Positions 39,958 through 49,101 of a DNA stretch of 64,000 bases are shown one piece after another. The DNA lies in NCBI GenBank assembly GCA_963753435.1, contig CAVWCF010000001.1:1626711-1690710 (forward strand), written 5' to 3'. Origin of the DNA: an uncultured Actinomycetota bacterium (GTDB taxonomy: Bacteria > Actinomycetota > Actinomycetes > CAVWCF01). The notes below the pieces were generated by a model. It was given only the letters and a program-made list of their open reading frames with translations, made no database searches and had not been told where the DNA came from. Position 1 is the first letter of the stretch; each line of letters begins with the position of its first letter. The translations under genes were made by a program, and so were the position numbers.

Positions 39958-42693
39958 TTACTGCGGTTCGGAGCCCTGAGCGGCAAGAGGTGCGGACCGT
40001 TCGACTGCGGCCAGCTCCGGCCCAAGGAAGGCTTCAATTACCTTCGCGTCGGCCTGGACCTCGTCCCCCGTCCCGGTGGCAATGACCTCCCCCAGATCCA
40101 GCGCCATGAACCGGTCGCACACCGCCCGGAGCAGGGTCATGTCGTGGTCAACGACGACCAGCGTCACCCCCTGGGCGTGGACTTTGCGCAGTAGGCGCGC
40201 AAGGCCGGGTATTTCGGCGTGAGCGATACCGGCAGATGGTTCGTCCAGCAGCAGGACCCGTGGTTGCAGGGCCAGGTCGGCGGCCAGTTCCGTCATCCGC
40301 CGGATTCCCGTAGGTAGGGATCCGACCACCTCGTCGGCATACGGCAACAGGCCAAGCGATTCGAGCGTGCCGTCGACATCGGTCATGCCGCGCGACTGGT
40401 CGGCGGCGATGTGCAGGGTCTCGCGCACGGTCATGGTCGGGAAGAGCAGCGCGTTCTGGAACGACCGGACGAGGCCATCCCTGGACCGCAAGTGGGCTGC
40501 GCGCGCGGTGACGTCGCGCCCGTTGTAGCTGACGCGTCCTTCGTCGGGTCGAACGAAGCCGGCGGCCATCTCGAAGAGGGTGGTCTTGCCGGCGCCGTTG
40601 GGTCCGATGATCGCAACTGCTTCGCCCGGTCGGACGGAGAGGGAAACGTTCCGCACGGCCCGGACCCCGCCGAACGACTTGGATAGCCCACTGATTTCCA
40701 GCACCGGGTCCGCCGTGCCGGCGGCGTGTGCTGGCAATTCCAGCTCAACGCGATCCGTGTACGGGGTTGAGCGCTCCACGGGCTCGTCGCTGACTTGTGT
40801 CGGATCCATACCGCGCAGCCGGGCCACCTCCTCGACTATCCAGTCTCGGATCGGTAGCAGGACCGTGATGAAACCCCCTGGGCGGAAGAGGATCAACGCG
40901 AGGAACAGCAACTGCAGGCCCGCGGTTGCCACGATGTCCAACCCCGCAAGCCCGGGAACGCCGCCGACTAGCAGCGAGCCCAGAAGTGGCCCAGAGATTG
41001 CGGCAAGGCCACCGACCGCTGCCATGACGACGACCTCAATGCTCGCCGTTGCGGGGAACTCCGTGGCGGTGAGCAAAGGCCGTGAGTGCGCAAACAGGGA
41101 TCCGCCCAAACCCGCCAGGCCACCGGCGATGGCGAAGGCTTGGACCCGGCGCCGAACACCGGATACCCCCAAGGCACGGGCGGCGCCTTCGTTGTCGCGC
41201 AGGGCTACGAGGTCAGCGCCCAGCCGGCTACGCACCACTCGCCAGGTGAACACGACCGCGACCGCAAGCACGCCCAACGCGTAGAAGTAGTACTTGCTGG
41301 GTGTGTCCAGTTCCAGGGAGCCGATGATCGGCTGGGCAGTGGCCAGGCCGTCACCGAGCGCCCACTCCTGAGGCAGGATCCAGGAACGTGCTGCCAGCGC
41401 GAAGGCGAGAGTGGTGATTGGCAGCACCAGCCCGCGGGAACGCAGTGCGGGCAGACCGAGCAGCAATGAAGTGAGCGCGCCCACGAGTACGGCAGCCACG
41501 GGTCCGGCGAAGAAGACGCCGGTGGCGTCGACCGCCCGGATCGAGGCGACGGCCGCTACGCCTGCGACCGCGAACTGGCCCAAAGACAACTGGCCGGCGC
41601 GTCCCGTCAGCAGGAATACCGACAGCGCGACGATCCCGAAAGCGATGACCGTGGTCAGGGTGAGGGAGGAGGCGTTGTCCGTGAAGAGCGGCAGCACAAA
41701 GACGGCCGATGCAAACAGTGCGACGGACATGACCGGACCGAAGTGGCGCGCGACGAAGAGTCCGGAGTACGCCTTGGAGATCGGCCGCAGACTGAGCAGG
41801 GTCCAGTTGCCGTCAGAGTCGGACTGCCTGCCGGCCTTCGGCGGGCGGAGCAAGAGCACAACCAGGGCGATCAGCGTGAGGATCAGGTCGACCACTCCGC
41901 TGGTGGCGTTCTGTGCTCGCGCGATCGTGTCGAGCAAGCCCACCGCGATTCCGGCCGCGAAGGCCACGGACACGCGATCGAAGCGAGCCACGGCAGCAGC
42001 GATGAGGCCCCGCAACATGAGCGACGGGCCCAGCACCCCGAGGGCGTCGACTCCTTGTGTGGGCCAGAGCAGGATCGCGGAGAACGCTGCGATGCCGCCG
42101 GCGATCGCCCACGTTCGCCCAGCGATCTTGTGCGGCGAGATCCCCGCTGCCCACGCGGCATCAGGATTGGCGGATGTGGCCCGAATAGCGGTCCCGAAGC
42201 GGGTTCTGCGCAGCAGCAGCAGCAGCGCTGCGATCAGCAGCGGGCTGAGGACCAAGAGGGCTGTGTATGACGGGACGACCACGAAGTCGCCCACTTCGAA
42301 CGATGGGAATCCGGGGGGAGTCGGGTAACTGGAACCCACCTGGGCGTCGGTGTTCACCGCGAACGAGGCGGCAAGAAGGAACTGGGCCAGCAGCAGGGTG
42401 ACCACCACACCCATGAGGCGGGGTTGATCGGCCAGCCGTCGCACGATCGCTTGCTCCGTGGCGGTCGCAACGCCGGCTGCGAACAGGACGCCAACCACGA
42501 ACGCGAGCCAGTAGGGAACCCCGTAGCTGACGACCAGCGTGCCGACCAGCGCCCCGCCAAACGCGCCCAGCGCGCCTTGGGCGAAGTTGATGAACCGGCT
42601 GACCTTGTAAACGAGGACCAGGCCGACGGCCAGCAGTCCGTAGGGGATCCCGACGATGATTCCTTGCAGGATGATGCCGGCGTTAATGGTCAC
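39958..42693 (-). CDS. fused branched-chain-amino-acid-type ABC transporter: two permease domains (LivH-like + LivM-like) plus C-terminal ATP-binding domain (LivG-like) in one 911-aa polypeptide
   Basis: Two successive multi-TM permease modules followed by Walker A GPNGAGKT, signature LPTGIRRM, Walker B LLLDEP. Confidence 0.85.
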   Translation of the reverse strand: MTINAGIILQGIIVGIPYGLLAVGLVLVYKVSRFINFAQGALGAFGGALVGTLVVSYGVPYWLAFVVGVLFAAGVATATEQAIVRRLADQPRLMGVVVTLLLAQFLLAASFAVNTDAQVGSSYPTPPGFPSFEVGDFVVVPSYTALLVLSPLLIAALLLLLRRTRFGTAIRATSANPDAAWAAGISPHKIAGRTWAIAGGIAAFSAILLWPTQGVDALGVLGPSLMLRGLIAAAVARFDRVSVAFAAGIAVGLLDTIARAQNATSGVVDLILTLIALVVLLLRPPKAGRQSDSDGNWTLLSLRPISKAYSGLFVARHFGPVMSVALFASAVFVLPLFTDNASSLTLTTVIAFGIVALSVFLLTGRAGQLSLGQFAVAGVAAVASIRAVDATGVFFAGPVAAVLVGALTSLLLGLPALRSRGLVLPITTLAFALAARSWILPQEWALGDGLATAQPIIGSLELDTPSKYYFYALGVLAVAVVFTWRVVRSRLGADLVALRDNEGAARALGVSGVRRRVQAFAIAGGLAGLGGSLFAHSRPLLTATEFPATASIEVVVMAAVGGLAAISGPLLGSLLVGGVPGLAGLDIVATAGLQLLFLALILFRPGGFITVLLPIRDWIVEEVARLRGMDPTQVSDEPVERSTPYTDRVELELPAHAAGTADPVLEISGLSKSFGGVRAVRNVSLSVRPGEAVAIIGPNGAGKTTLFEMAAGFVRPDEGRVSYNGRDVTARAAHLRSRDGLVRSFQNALLFPTMTVRETLHIAADQSRGMTDVDGTLESLGLLPYADEVVGSLPTGIRRMTELAADLALQPRVLLLDEPSAGIAHAEIPGLARLLRKVHAQGVTLVVVDHDMTLLRAVCDRFMALDLGEVIATGTGDEVQADAKVIEAFLGPELAAVERSAPLAAQGSEPQ

Positions 42694-43967
42694 GCCCCGA
42701 CCTCCGCCGCGATGGATCCGGACAGATACACCGAGGCCAATCGGTCCGGGGATTCGCGCAGTACGTCGGCGGGCTCATCAAGGACGATGCGGCCGCGTTC
42801 CATCACGCTCAGCCGGTCGGCGAGGTTGAGTGCGACGTTCGCGGACTGTTCAACCAGCAGGACGGCCGTTCCTTCGTGGGCGATGGTTCGCACCAGTTCC
42901 ATGAGTTGGCCGACGATTCGTGGCGCCAGTCCCAGCGAGAACTCGTCGATGAGCAGCACCTTGGGCTGAACCAGCAGCGCCTGCGATACCGCGAGCATCT
43001 GCTGCTCGCCGCCGGACAGCGTCGATGCCACCTGCTCGGATCGCTCTCCCACCCAGGGGAACATTTCCTTGACCCGATCGATGCGCCGGTTCAGTTCGCG
43101 CTCCGGCTCCGTGGACCGGTACGCGAACATGCGCAGGTTCTCTTCGACTGTCAGGGGACCAAAGAGGGCGTTCCCGCCAATCACCAGACTGAGGCCCAGT
43201 TCGGCTCGTCCGGCCGCGGTTAGGGGCGTCACGTCGAATCCGTCCAGGTGCACCGATCCACTCTGGGCTCGTTGCAGGCCCGCGAGGGTGCGCAGGGTGG
43301 TGGTCTTGCCGGCCCCGTTGTTGCCGAGCAAGGCCCGGATTTCGCCTGGCTGTAGGGACAGATCTACATCGAACAGCACGTGGACCTTGCCCAGGACAAC
43401 GTCCAGACCATCGGCGACCAGCGCGGGCTTGTCAGTGGGTCGGTGCCCGGCTGCGATCGTTGCGTAGATCTCCTCCAGTGGGGCCGCATCTGGGGACACC
43501 AGCGCCCGCGCGTCCTCACGAAGGGACGGTTCGGGCCGAGGTGGGCGCTGGTAGGCAAGCCAGGCCGCGATGAGCACGTGCAGTCCGATGACGATGAATG
43601 AGGCGATCGTGAGGACGGTGTAGATCGTGCCCTTGCCTACCGCGCTCTGGCTGAGCAAGTAGAGGAGCAGAACCAGGTAGGCGGCGTAGCCGTTGATGGT
43701 GCGCAGGGTCCAGCGCGGGGCCGGGAAGCCGAAGACGTAGAAGGAGTAGGCCGCGTGGGACAGCAACAGCACGGTGGCGATCACCTGTGCCCCCACATCC
43801 ACGGCGGCCAGCCACGATCCGAGGGCACCGTCGGGCCACTTGTCGTGCATCCAGGCGGCCAGGTAGCTGAAGGGAAACATGATCAGCAGGGCCCAGCCCA
43901 GACGTCTGTTCCATCGGGTGATCCCACGTTTGCGGTCGGTGCGTGCTTCAACGCCGATGCTGGTCAT
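42690..43967 (-). CDS. ABC transporter ATP-binding protein (LivF-like) with N-terminal about 150-aa 4-TM domain carrying conserved His residues
   Basis: GNNGAGKTT, LSGGEQQM, LLIDEFS; N-terminal hydrophobic domain paralogous to standalone ORF 46330-46782; ATGA overlap with downstream fused permease gene. Confidence 0.8.
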   Translation of the reverse strand: MTSIGVEARTDRKRGITRWNRRLGWALLIMFPFSYLAAWMHDKWPDGALGSWLAAVDVGAQVIATVLLLSHAAYSFYVFGFPAPRWTLRTINGYAAYLVLLLYLLSQSAVGKGTIYTVLTIASFIVIGLHVLIAAWLAYQRPPRPEPSLREDARALVSPDAAPLEEIYATIAAGHRPTDKPALVADGLDVVLGKVHVLFDVDLSLQPGEIRALLGNNGAGKTTTLRTLAGLQRAQSGSVHLDGFDVTPLTAAGRAELGLSLVIGGNALFGPLTVEENLRMFAYRSTEPERELNRRIDRVKEMFPWVGERSEQVASTLSGGEQQMLAVSQALLVQPKVLLIDEFSLGLAPRIVGQLMELVRTIAHEGTAVLLVEQSANVALNLADRLSVMERGRIVLDEPADVLRESPDRLASVYLSGSIAAEVGA

Positions 43968-44053
43968 TGACCGCTCCCGGATGGTGGTTGCCGAGTGGTT
44001 TTACCCGGAGGACTCTGGGCGGAATCGTGGAGGCTGCTTCGCCAAGAGTCAAC

Positions 44054-44097
44054 GGTTTGTGCGAAATTCTTGAGAAGTTGTGCGAAATCTCTTGACT
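44054..44097 (+). promoter_or_regulatory. candidate promoter/operator: two TTGTGCGAAAT repeats and GCGAAATCTCTTGAC(T) containing a -35-like TTGACT, about 90 nt upstream of the SBP gene
   Basis: Exact 15-mer GCGAAATCTCTTGAC shared with the site at 48957-48996 in the same orientation relative to the downstream gene. Confidence 0.4.
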
Positions 44098-44183
44098 CGC
44101 ATCTGCCGGTGCCGCACTCTGGGCACTTCCAAACGCTGTGGAGGCGGTTCGGGCCGCCTTCGCCGATCGAAAGGACCCCGCCG

Positions 44184-45507
44184 ATGCCGGTGGCCCTAAC
44201 CACTCGACTCGTTCTTGGCGCCGCTGCGGGCGCCTTGGTCTTGTCGGCCTGCAGCGCCACCAGTTCTGGTGAAGGTGGGGAACAAGACGCTGAGCGCACG
44301 GGCCCTGGCGTCACGGCCGAGTCGATCAAGGTGGGTTTCGTCACGCTCAAGAACGCGGCTGGCGGCGGCGGATTCGTTTCCGCTGATCAGGGCGACACGC
44401 AGGCACAGGTCGACGCCATGGTCGCGGCGATCAACGACTCCGGAGGGATCCTCGGGCGCAACGTTGAATCCGTCATCAAGGAGTTCGACTCCTCGCTCGA
44501 CTCCGCGCAGTACGAGAACGAACTGTGCACCGCCTTCACCCAGGACGAGGGCGTCTTTGCGGTGGTCCTTCTTGGGCAACGCGAGGCCAGTGCGCGTACT
44601 TGCTACCGGGACGCGGACACGCTGATGCTGGACATGTCCGGGATTGCCTTGGCCGCTTCGGTGTATTCCGACCTCGCCCCGCATTTCTGGGCGCCGGGCA
44701 ACACCACCTTGGACGCCTACGCGGCGAGCATGGTCCCGGTGCTTCAGGAAAACGGCTTCTTCAACGGGGCCGCTGTCGGCGTCCTGGTGGAGAAGGACCC
44801 GAACTATCAATCAGTCTTCGACGATGTGCTTGAGCCGGCCTTGCAAGCTGCCGGTGTGAGCGAGGTGGTCACTGCTGAGATCGATCAGACGAACGCGTCC
44901 AACGCCGGGGCAACCGCTGGAGCCGCGGTTCGCGCGATGAAGTCCGCGGCCGTGGAAGAACTCCTCTTCCTGGGCCGGCCGGACAACCTCGGGTACTTCA
45001 CCCTGCTGGCCAAGGACCAGAAGTTCTTCCCGCGGTTGGGTGTTGGCACGTTCGAGGACCCGCAGTTCGCCAGCGCCAACCCGTTGGTGATCCCGCCAGA
45101 GTCCCTGCAGGGTGCAGTCGGCATCGGCTTCTCCGCTATCAAGGACGGGGTGTCGGCGGAGTACCCGTTCCCGGCCCCGGGTGCGGAGAAGGAGTGCATC
45201 GACATCTACGCAGCGGCAGGGATCTCGTTCGCTGGCCGCCCTGAGGCCAGGACCGCGCTGGGGTACTGCGACGCACTCAGCTTCCTGCAGACGGCCGCAG
45301 CGCGAGCTCGACGAAGGGTCGCCGGTCAACGCCGACACGGTGGCCGACGGCGCGGCCGGACTCGCCGACCAATGGCAGGCCGCTTCATCACTGAGCACGG
45401 AGTTGAGCGAAGGACGCTACGCGCCAGCGGCCAGCGCCCGCCCGCTCATCTACTCCGGGCCCGCATTCACCTACGCCGGAGATCCGGCACCCCTCCGAAC
45501 CCCCTAG
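44184..45507 (+). pseudogene. branched-chain-amino-acid-type ABC substrate-binding lipoprotein (LivJ/LivK-like) with apparent +1 frameshift near 45285-45300
   Basis: AAAGGA SD, lipobox LSAC, periplasmic binding protein body in frame 1 until ...FLQTAAAR; plausible C-terminus (ELDEGSPVNADTV...LRTP*) continues in another frame; frame-1 continuation is Arg-rich nonsense. Confidence 0.7.
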
Positions 45508-45546
45508 CGAAGTCGCCGGGCCGAGCGCGCTCGGCCCGGCGACTTC
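45508..45546 (+). terminator. perfect 38-nt palindromic hairpin immediately after SBP stop
   Basis: GAAGTCGCCGGGCCGAGCG/CGCTCGGCCCGGCGACTTC. Confidence 0.65.
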
Positions 45547-45567
45547 AACCGAAAGGAGCAGAAGGCG

Positions 45568-46311
45568 ATGGAGAAGTGGGCTTTCCTAGCCATCGCGCTT
45601 GCCGAGGTGGCCCTGTTCGTCTGGGTGTTCCGCATCTGGCGTCGGGGCCGAAAAGTCCGGGTCTCGGAGGTGCTGGTCTTGATGGTCATCCTCACCGGGG
45701 TGATCTACGACAACACACTGCTTGCCTTCGGCGGAGACTGGTTCGGCATCGGTCCTACTCATGAACTGCTGAGCTACCCGCGCTACCTCATGCACGGCCT
45801 GTTCACGCCGCTGCTGATCATCTTCTGCGCGTTGTCAGCGGATCGGATGAATGTTCCTGGATACCGCTCTCGGGAAGTCATCACCATCTGGGGCGCTGTG
45901 ACGTTCTTCGCCATCTGGTTCGGTCTGATCGGTGACCTCATCAACCTGAGGATCGCCCCGGAAACGGTTGACGGTCTCGTTTCCTACAAGCACGTGGGTG
46001 AGTTGGGGCCGCCGATAGCGGAGATCCTGACCGTTGTGAGCATGCTGATCATCGGCGGTGCGATGCAGCGGTACGCGCGTTGGCCCTGGGTCTTCGTATC
46101 GGCGTCGGTGATGTTCGTGATCGCGCTGTTCTTCATCGACAACGGCGTGCTGGCCAACATCGGTGAGCTGGTCCTCCTGACCGCCTGCGCGGCCACGGGG
46201 GCCGAAGCGATCCGCCGGGTTACGGCGGAACGTGAAGAGAAGAAGGCCATGGCACTGCAGGAAGCCGCCGCCAGGCGGGCCGACCGGTCCGCAAGCGAGG
46301 TCCCCGCCTGA
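45568..46311 (+). CDS. hypothetical integral membrane protein (about 6 TM)
   Basis: GAAAGGAG SD; hydrophobic helices; basic/Ala-rich C-terminal tail. Confidence 0.6.
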   Translation: MEKWAFLAIALAEVALFVWVFRIWRRGRKVRVSEVLVLMVILTGVIYDNTLLAFGGDWFGIGPTHELLSYPRYLMHGLFTPLLIIFCALSADRMNVPGYRSREVITIWGAVTFFAIWFGLIGDLINLRIAPETVDGLVSYKHVGELGPPIAEILTVVSMLIIGGAMQRYARWPWVFVSASVMFVIALFFIDNGVLANIGELVLLTACAATGAEAIRRVTAEREEKKAMALQEAAARRADRSASEVPA

Positions 46312-46329
46312 TCCGACCCAAGTCGTGGG

Positions 46330-46782
46330 CTACGGGTGCGGCGGGCCGGGGGCCGTGCGCCGGCGGGAGGAGAACTTGACCCCGAGGGCAATGTGGACGG
46401 CTATCGACAGGTACATGAGGACGGTCAAGTAGCCGTGCCAGGGATCCCACCCGAAGGTGGTTTGCGACGCCAGCACGATCACTAGGAGCGCGTAGCCGAA
46501 GTAGATATGGAAGACGCGCAGCGTGCGCCGAAACGGGACCCTGCCGAACACGTAAAGGCTCAAGCCTGCGTGCAGAAAGAGGACCACGATCATCGCGATC
46601 TGCAGCGCCCAGGCCAGCCCCCGGTAGCTGAGGCCGACGGAGTCGCCCAGAACAACTGGGTCTGATGCTGACGTGCGGTAGGTCACGTCGGCCAGGACCA
46701 GCAGGACCAGCAGCACCCAGCTAACTGCCCGGTTTGTGACCCCGAGCCGCTGCTTACGTCGTAGCGCCGCCGACGGCATCAT
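46330..46782 (-). CDS. small 4-TM membrane protein with conserved His residues, paralog of the N-terminal domain of the LivF-like ATPase
   Basis: Alignable by eye (VLFLHAGLSLYVFGRVPFRRTLR... vs VLLLSHAAYSFYVFGFPAPRWTLR...; IAVHIALG vs IGLHVLIA); ATGA overlap with GntR stop. Confidence 0.6.
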   Translation of the reverse strand: MMPSAALRRKQRLGVTNRAVSWVLLVLLVLADVTYRTSASDPVVLGDSVGLSYRGLAWALQIAMIVVLFLHAGLSLYVFGRVPFRRTLRVFHIYFGYALLVIVLASQTTFGWDPWHGYLTVLMYLSIAVHIALGVKFSSRRRTAPGPPHP

Positions 46783-47519
46783 CAGGACGCGACCAGTGTG
46801 GAGTTGGTCATGAGTGAACTGTCCAACTGCGACCAGTACGCGTCCAGAGCTTCGTAGGGATCAGCCGATTTCGGGTCGTCGATCGCGGCGAGCACGGCGG
46901 CGTGGAGTTCGGCGCGCGCGTCCAGTTGCGGCATGTTCGCCAGCAGCCGCAACAGCCGCATGAGCCGGGCCCACACGGAGTAGACCGCTCTGGCCAGTTC
47001 CTGGCTGCCGCTGGCAGCGAGGAGTTTCTCGTCGAAGCGCTCTGCTTCCAGCAGGGCGGAGGCCATGTCACCGGACGCGTAAGCCAGGTCGAAGTCCACG
47101 CCGATTCGCTTCAGCACCCCCTTGTCCGCCGCGGTAACGCGAGGGATGGACCAGCGGTAGACCGTCTCCCAGAGCAACGCTCCGACTCGCAGGAGGTCGG
47201 CGGCCACCTCGTGAGTGAGCGGGGAGACGAGTGCGCCACGGTTCGGCTGGACCTCGACCAGACCCTCAGCCGCCAAGTGGGCGAAGGCCTCGCGGAGGGG
47301 GGAGTTGGAGACGCCGAAGCGCTCCATGATCACCTCGGTGCGCAGCGGCGTGCCGGCGGCGAGGCGGCCCTCGATGATGTCCGCCCGCAGGGCGGCGACG
47401 ATGACCTCACGGCTGGAACCGTGGGTCCGCTTCAGCGACGCCACCGGGCCACCAACCTCTCGTTCGGCCCTTGGGGCCTGCCCAAGGCTAGTCGGAACGA
47501 CAACGGCCCCCGGGGGCAC
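46782..47519 (-). CDS. GntR-family transcriptional regulator (FadR/FCD subfamily); start GTG 47519 or 47444
   Basis: N-terminal GntR wHTH (EVIMERFGVSNSPLREAFAHLAAEGLVEV) plus FCD-like C-terminal domain. Confidence 0.8.
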   Translation of the reverse strand: MPPGAVVVPTSLGQAPRAEREVGGPVASLKRTHGSSREVIVAALRADIIEGRLAAGTPLRTEVIMERFGVSNSPLREAFAHLAAEGLVEVQPNRGALVSPLTHEVAADLLRVGALLWETVYRWSIPRVTAADKGVLKRIGVDFDLAYASGDMASALLEAERFDEKLLAASGSQELARAVYSVWARLMRLLRLLANMPQLDARAELHAAVLAAIDDPKSADPYEALDAYWSQLDSSLMTNSTLVAS

Positions 47520-47542
47520 CGGGGGCCGTCGTCACTATCCGG

Positions 47543-48307
47543 TCAGGAAAGAGTTCCCCGGCGAAGACGTCCGCCGAAGACCAGGGCGGAGCCGAGGAGC
47601 AGGGCACCCAAGCCCACGGCGAGCAGGGTTCCGGTCGCCGGCGCGCCGGTGTCCGGCAACGTGCCGCCTTCCTTGCCGCCGGTGGTGCTGGCGGTCGCGG
47701 TGCTGTCCGTGGACCCGGAGTCCGCACTCGCCGAAGGGGACGGGGTAGGCGAGGGCGAAGCCGCCGTGAACGACACCGGCTGAACCGCAACTGCACTGCC
47801 GGAAACCGTGCCTACGACGAACTGGCAGGCGCCGGACTGGGTGCAGTCAACGGTGCGTCCGTCCCCGGTGGTGATGGAGGCGGGAACGACAACGGAGGCC
47901 GAGCCGGAGGGGCCGGTGGAGAACTGGTAGCTCGGGCCGCCCAGGGTCGGGCATTCGTCGATTCCGTTGATGGCGGGCACCGCACAGACGCCGACACCGA
48001 CCTGCTCGGCGGGGAAGCCGCTGAAGGACACCGTCACGGAGGCACCCGGTGCGTAAGAAGAGGGGGACAGGCTGGTGATCTCGGCAGCGGCCAGGGTCGA
48101 CACCGAACCCGCCTCGGCGGTCGGGTCAAGCGCGGCCTCCGCCTCGGTGGCTGCTTCTTCGGCGGGCGCTTCGGTGGCCTCGGTCACCTCCGTGGTCTCC
48201 TCGGGCGCCGCCTCCTCAGCAAACGCGGTGCCGACGCCTCCCAGGAGGCTGCCGGCGAATGTGGTTGCGGCCACCGCCGCACCCAGCGCCATGCGCGTTC
48301 GGTTCAT
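47543..48307 (-). CDS. LPXTG-anchored cell-surface protein with neocarzinostatin-family (NCS-fold) domain
   Basis: Signal peptide; domain with two Cys pairs (GVCAV...IDECPT; TVDCTQSGACQFVVG) matching NCS apoprotein pattern; C-terminal LPDTG + hydrophobic + RRG sortase signal. Confidence 0.7.
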   Translation of the reverse strand: MNRTRMALGAAVAATTFAGSLLGGVGTAFAEEAAPEETTEVTEATEAPAEEAATEAEAALDPTAEAGSVSTLAAAEITSLSPSSYAPGASVTVSFSGFPAEQVGVGVCAVPAINGIDECPTLGGPSYQFSTGPSGSASVVVPASITTGDGRTVDCTQSGACQFVVGTVSGSAVAVQPVSFTAASPSPTPSPSASADSGSTDSTATASTTGGKEGGTLPDTGAPATGTLLAVGLGALLLGSALVFGGRLRRGTLS

Positions 48308-48389
48308 CTGGATCCATCCCATCCCTAGTTGTTCAGCCCCGGCCGGGGTCTGCTTGAGGTTGTCGACTGTCTTCAGTTGGAGGTGCGCG

Positions 48390-48893
48390 TCACTTGAAGG
48401 AGAGCGGGATCTTGGCGATCTTCACTCCGGACAGGTCGGTCGCCACGATTACGCAGGCGTCCGGGGTGTTCGCATCACAGGTAAGCGCAGGGGGAGCGGT
48501 GTTCCCCAGCGGTCCGTTGATGATGACGATCTCCCCGGCACCCGACCCGGTCGCATCGGCGGTAACGAGCTTGTTGCTGGTGCCGCCGAGCAGGGCGCAG
48601 TCCTGGGGTCCGGAAAGGGGCCGACCGTCGTTGGCGCAGATCGTGATGTCGACCTGCTCGTCCGGCACAAAGCCGCTGAAGGACACGGTGACGGTTTCGC
48701 CGCCGGCGTAGGGGCCTGGCGGGTCAACGGTTGCGGAAACCTCGGCTGCGGCCGACTCGGATGGCGTCGGCTCCGATGCTGACGGCGAGGGACTGTCCGT
48801 CGATGCGGAGTCGGCGTTTGACGAGTCATCGCTGCTGCATCCGGTAATTACTAGGACAGCGGCTGTTGTCAGCAGCAGTAGAACTCGACGCAT
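48390..48893 (-). CDS. lipoprotein with neocarzinostatin-family (NCS-fold) domain, paralog of the LPXTG protein
   Basis: GGAGGGGAG SD, lipobox VITGC; TVSFSGF...ICANDG...QDCALLGG...LTCDANTPDACVIV pattern. Confidence 0.7.
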   Translation of the reverse strand: MRRVLLLLTTAAVLVITGCSSDDSSNADSASTDSPSPSASEPTPSESAAAEVSATVDPPGPYAGGETVTVSFSGFVPDEQVDITICANDGRPLSGPQDCALLGGTSNKLVTADATGSGAGEIVIINGPLGNTAPPALTCDANTPDACVIVATDLSGVKIAKIPLSFK

Positions 48894-48956
48894 CACTTTC
48901 TCCCCTCCGCAGGGCGGTTGCCCTGGTGCGGAATCAGAGCGGTCCTTGGGCGAGAT

Positions 48957-48996
48957 GTCAAGAGATTTCGCGAAATACCTCGTTTCGATGCGAAAT
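48957..48996 (-). promoter_or_regulatory. candidate promoter/operator: GCGAAATCTCTTGACA (-35-like TTGACA) plus palindrome ATTTCGCGAAAT and TTTCGATGCGAAAT, upstream of NCS lipoprotein gene (divergent from YdeI-like gene)
   Basis: Same 15-mer as 44082-44096 in the same orientation relative to the regulated gene; perfect 12-nt palindrome. Confidence 0.4.
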
Positions 48997-49101
48997 AGAT
49001 GCGGGGCGCTTCGGCAATTGGAGTGGTCGGGCCCGCGCACATGAGGAGCCGGACGCTCGGTGCAGCGGCGCGAACTGGGATGTCCTGCCACCCTCAGCTG
49101 C

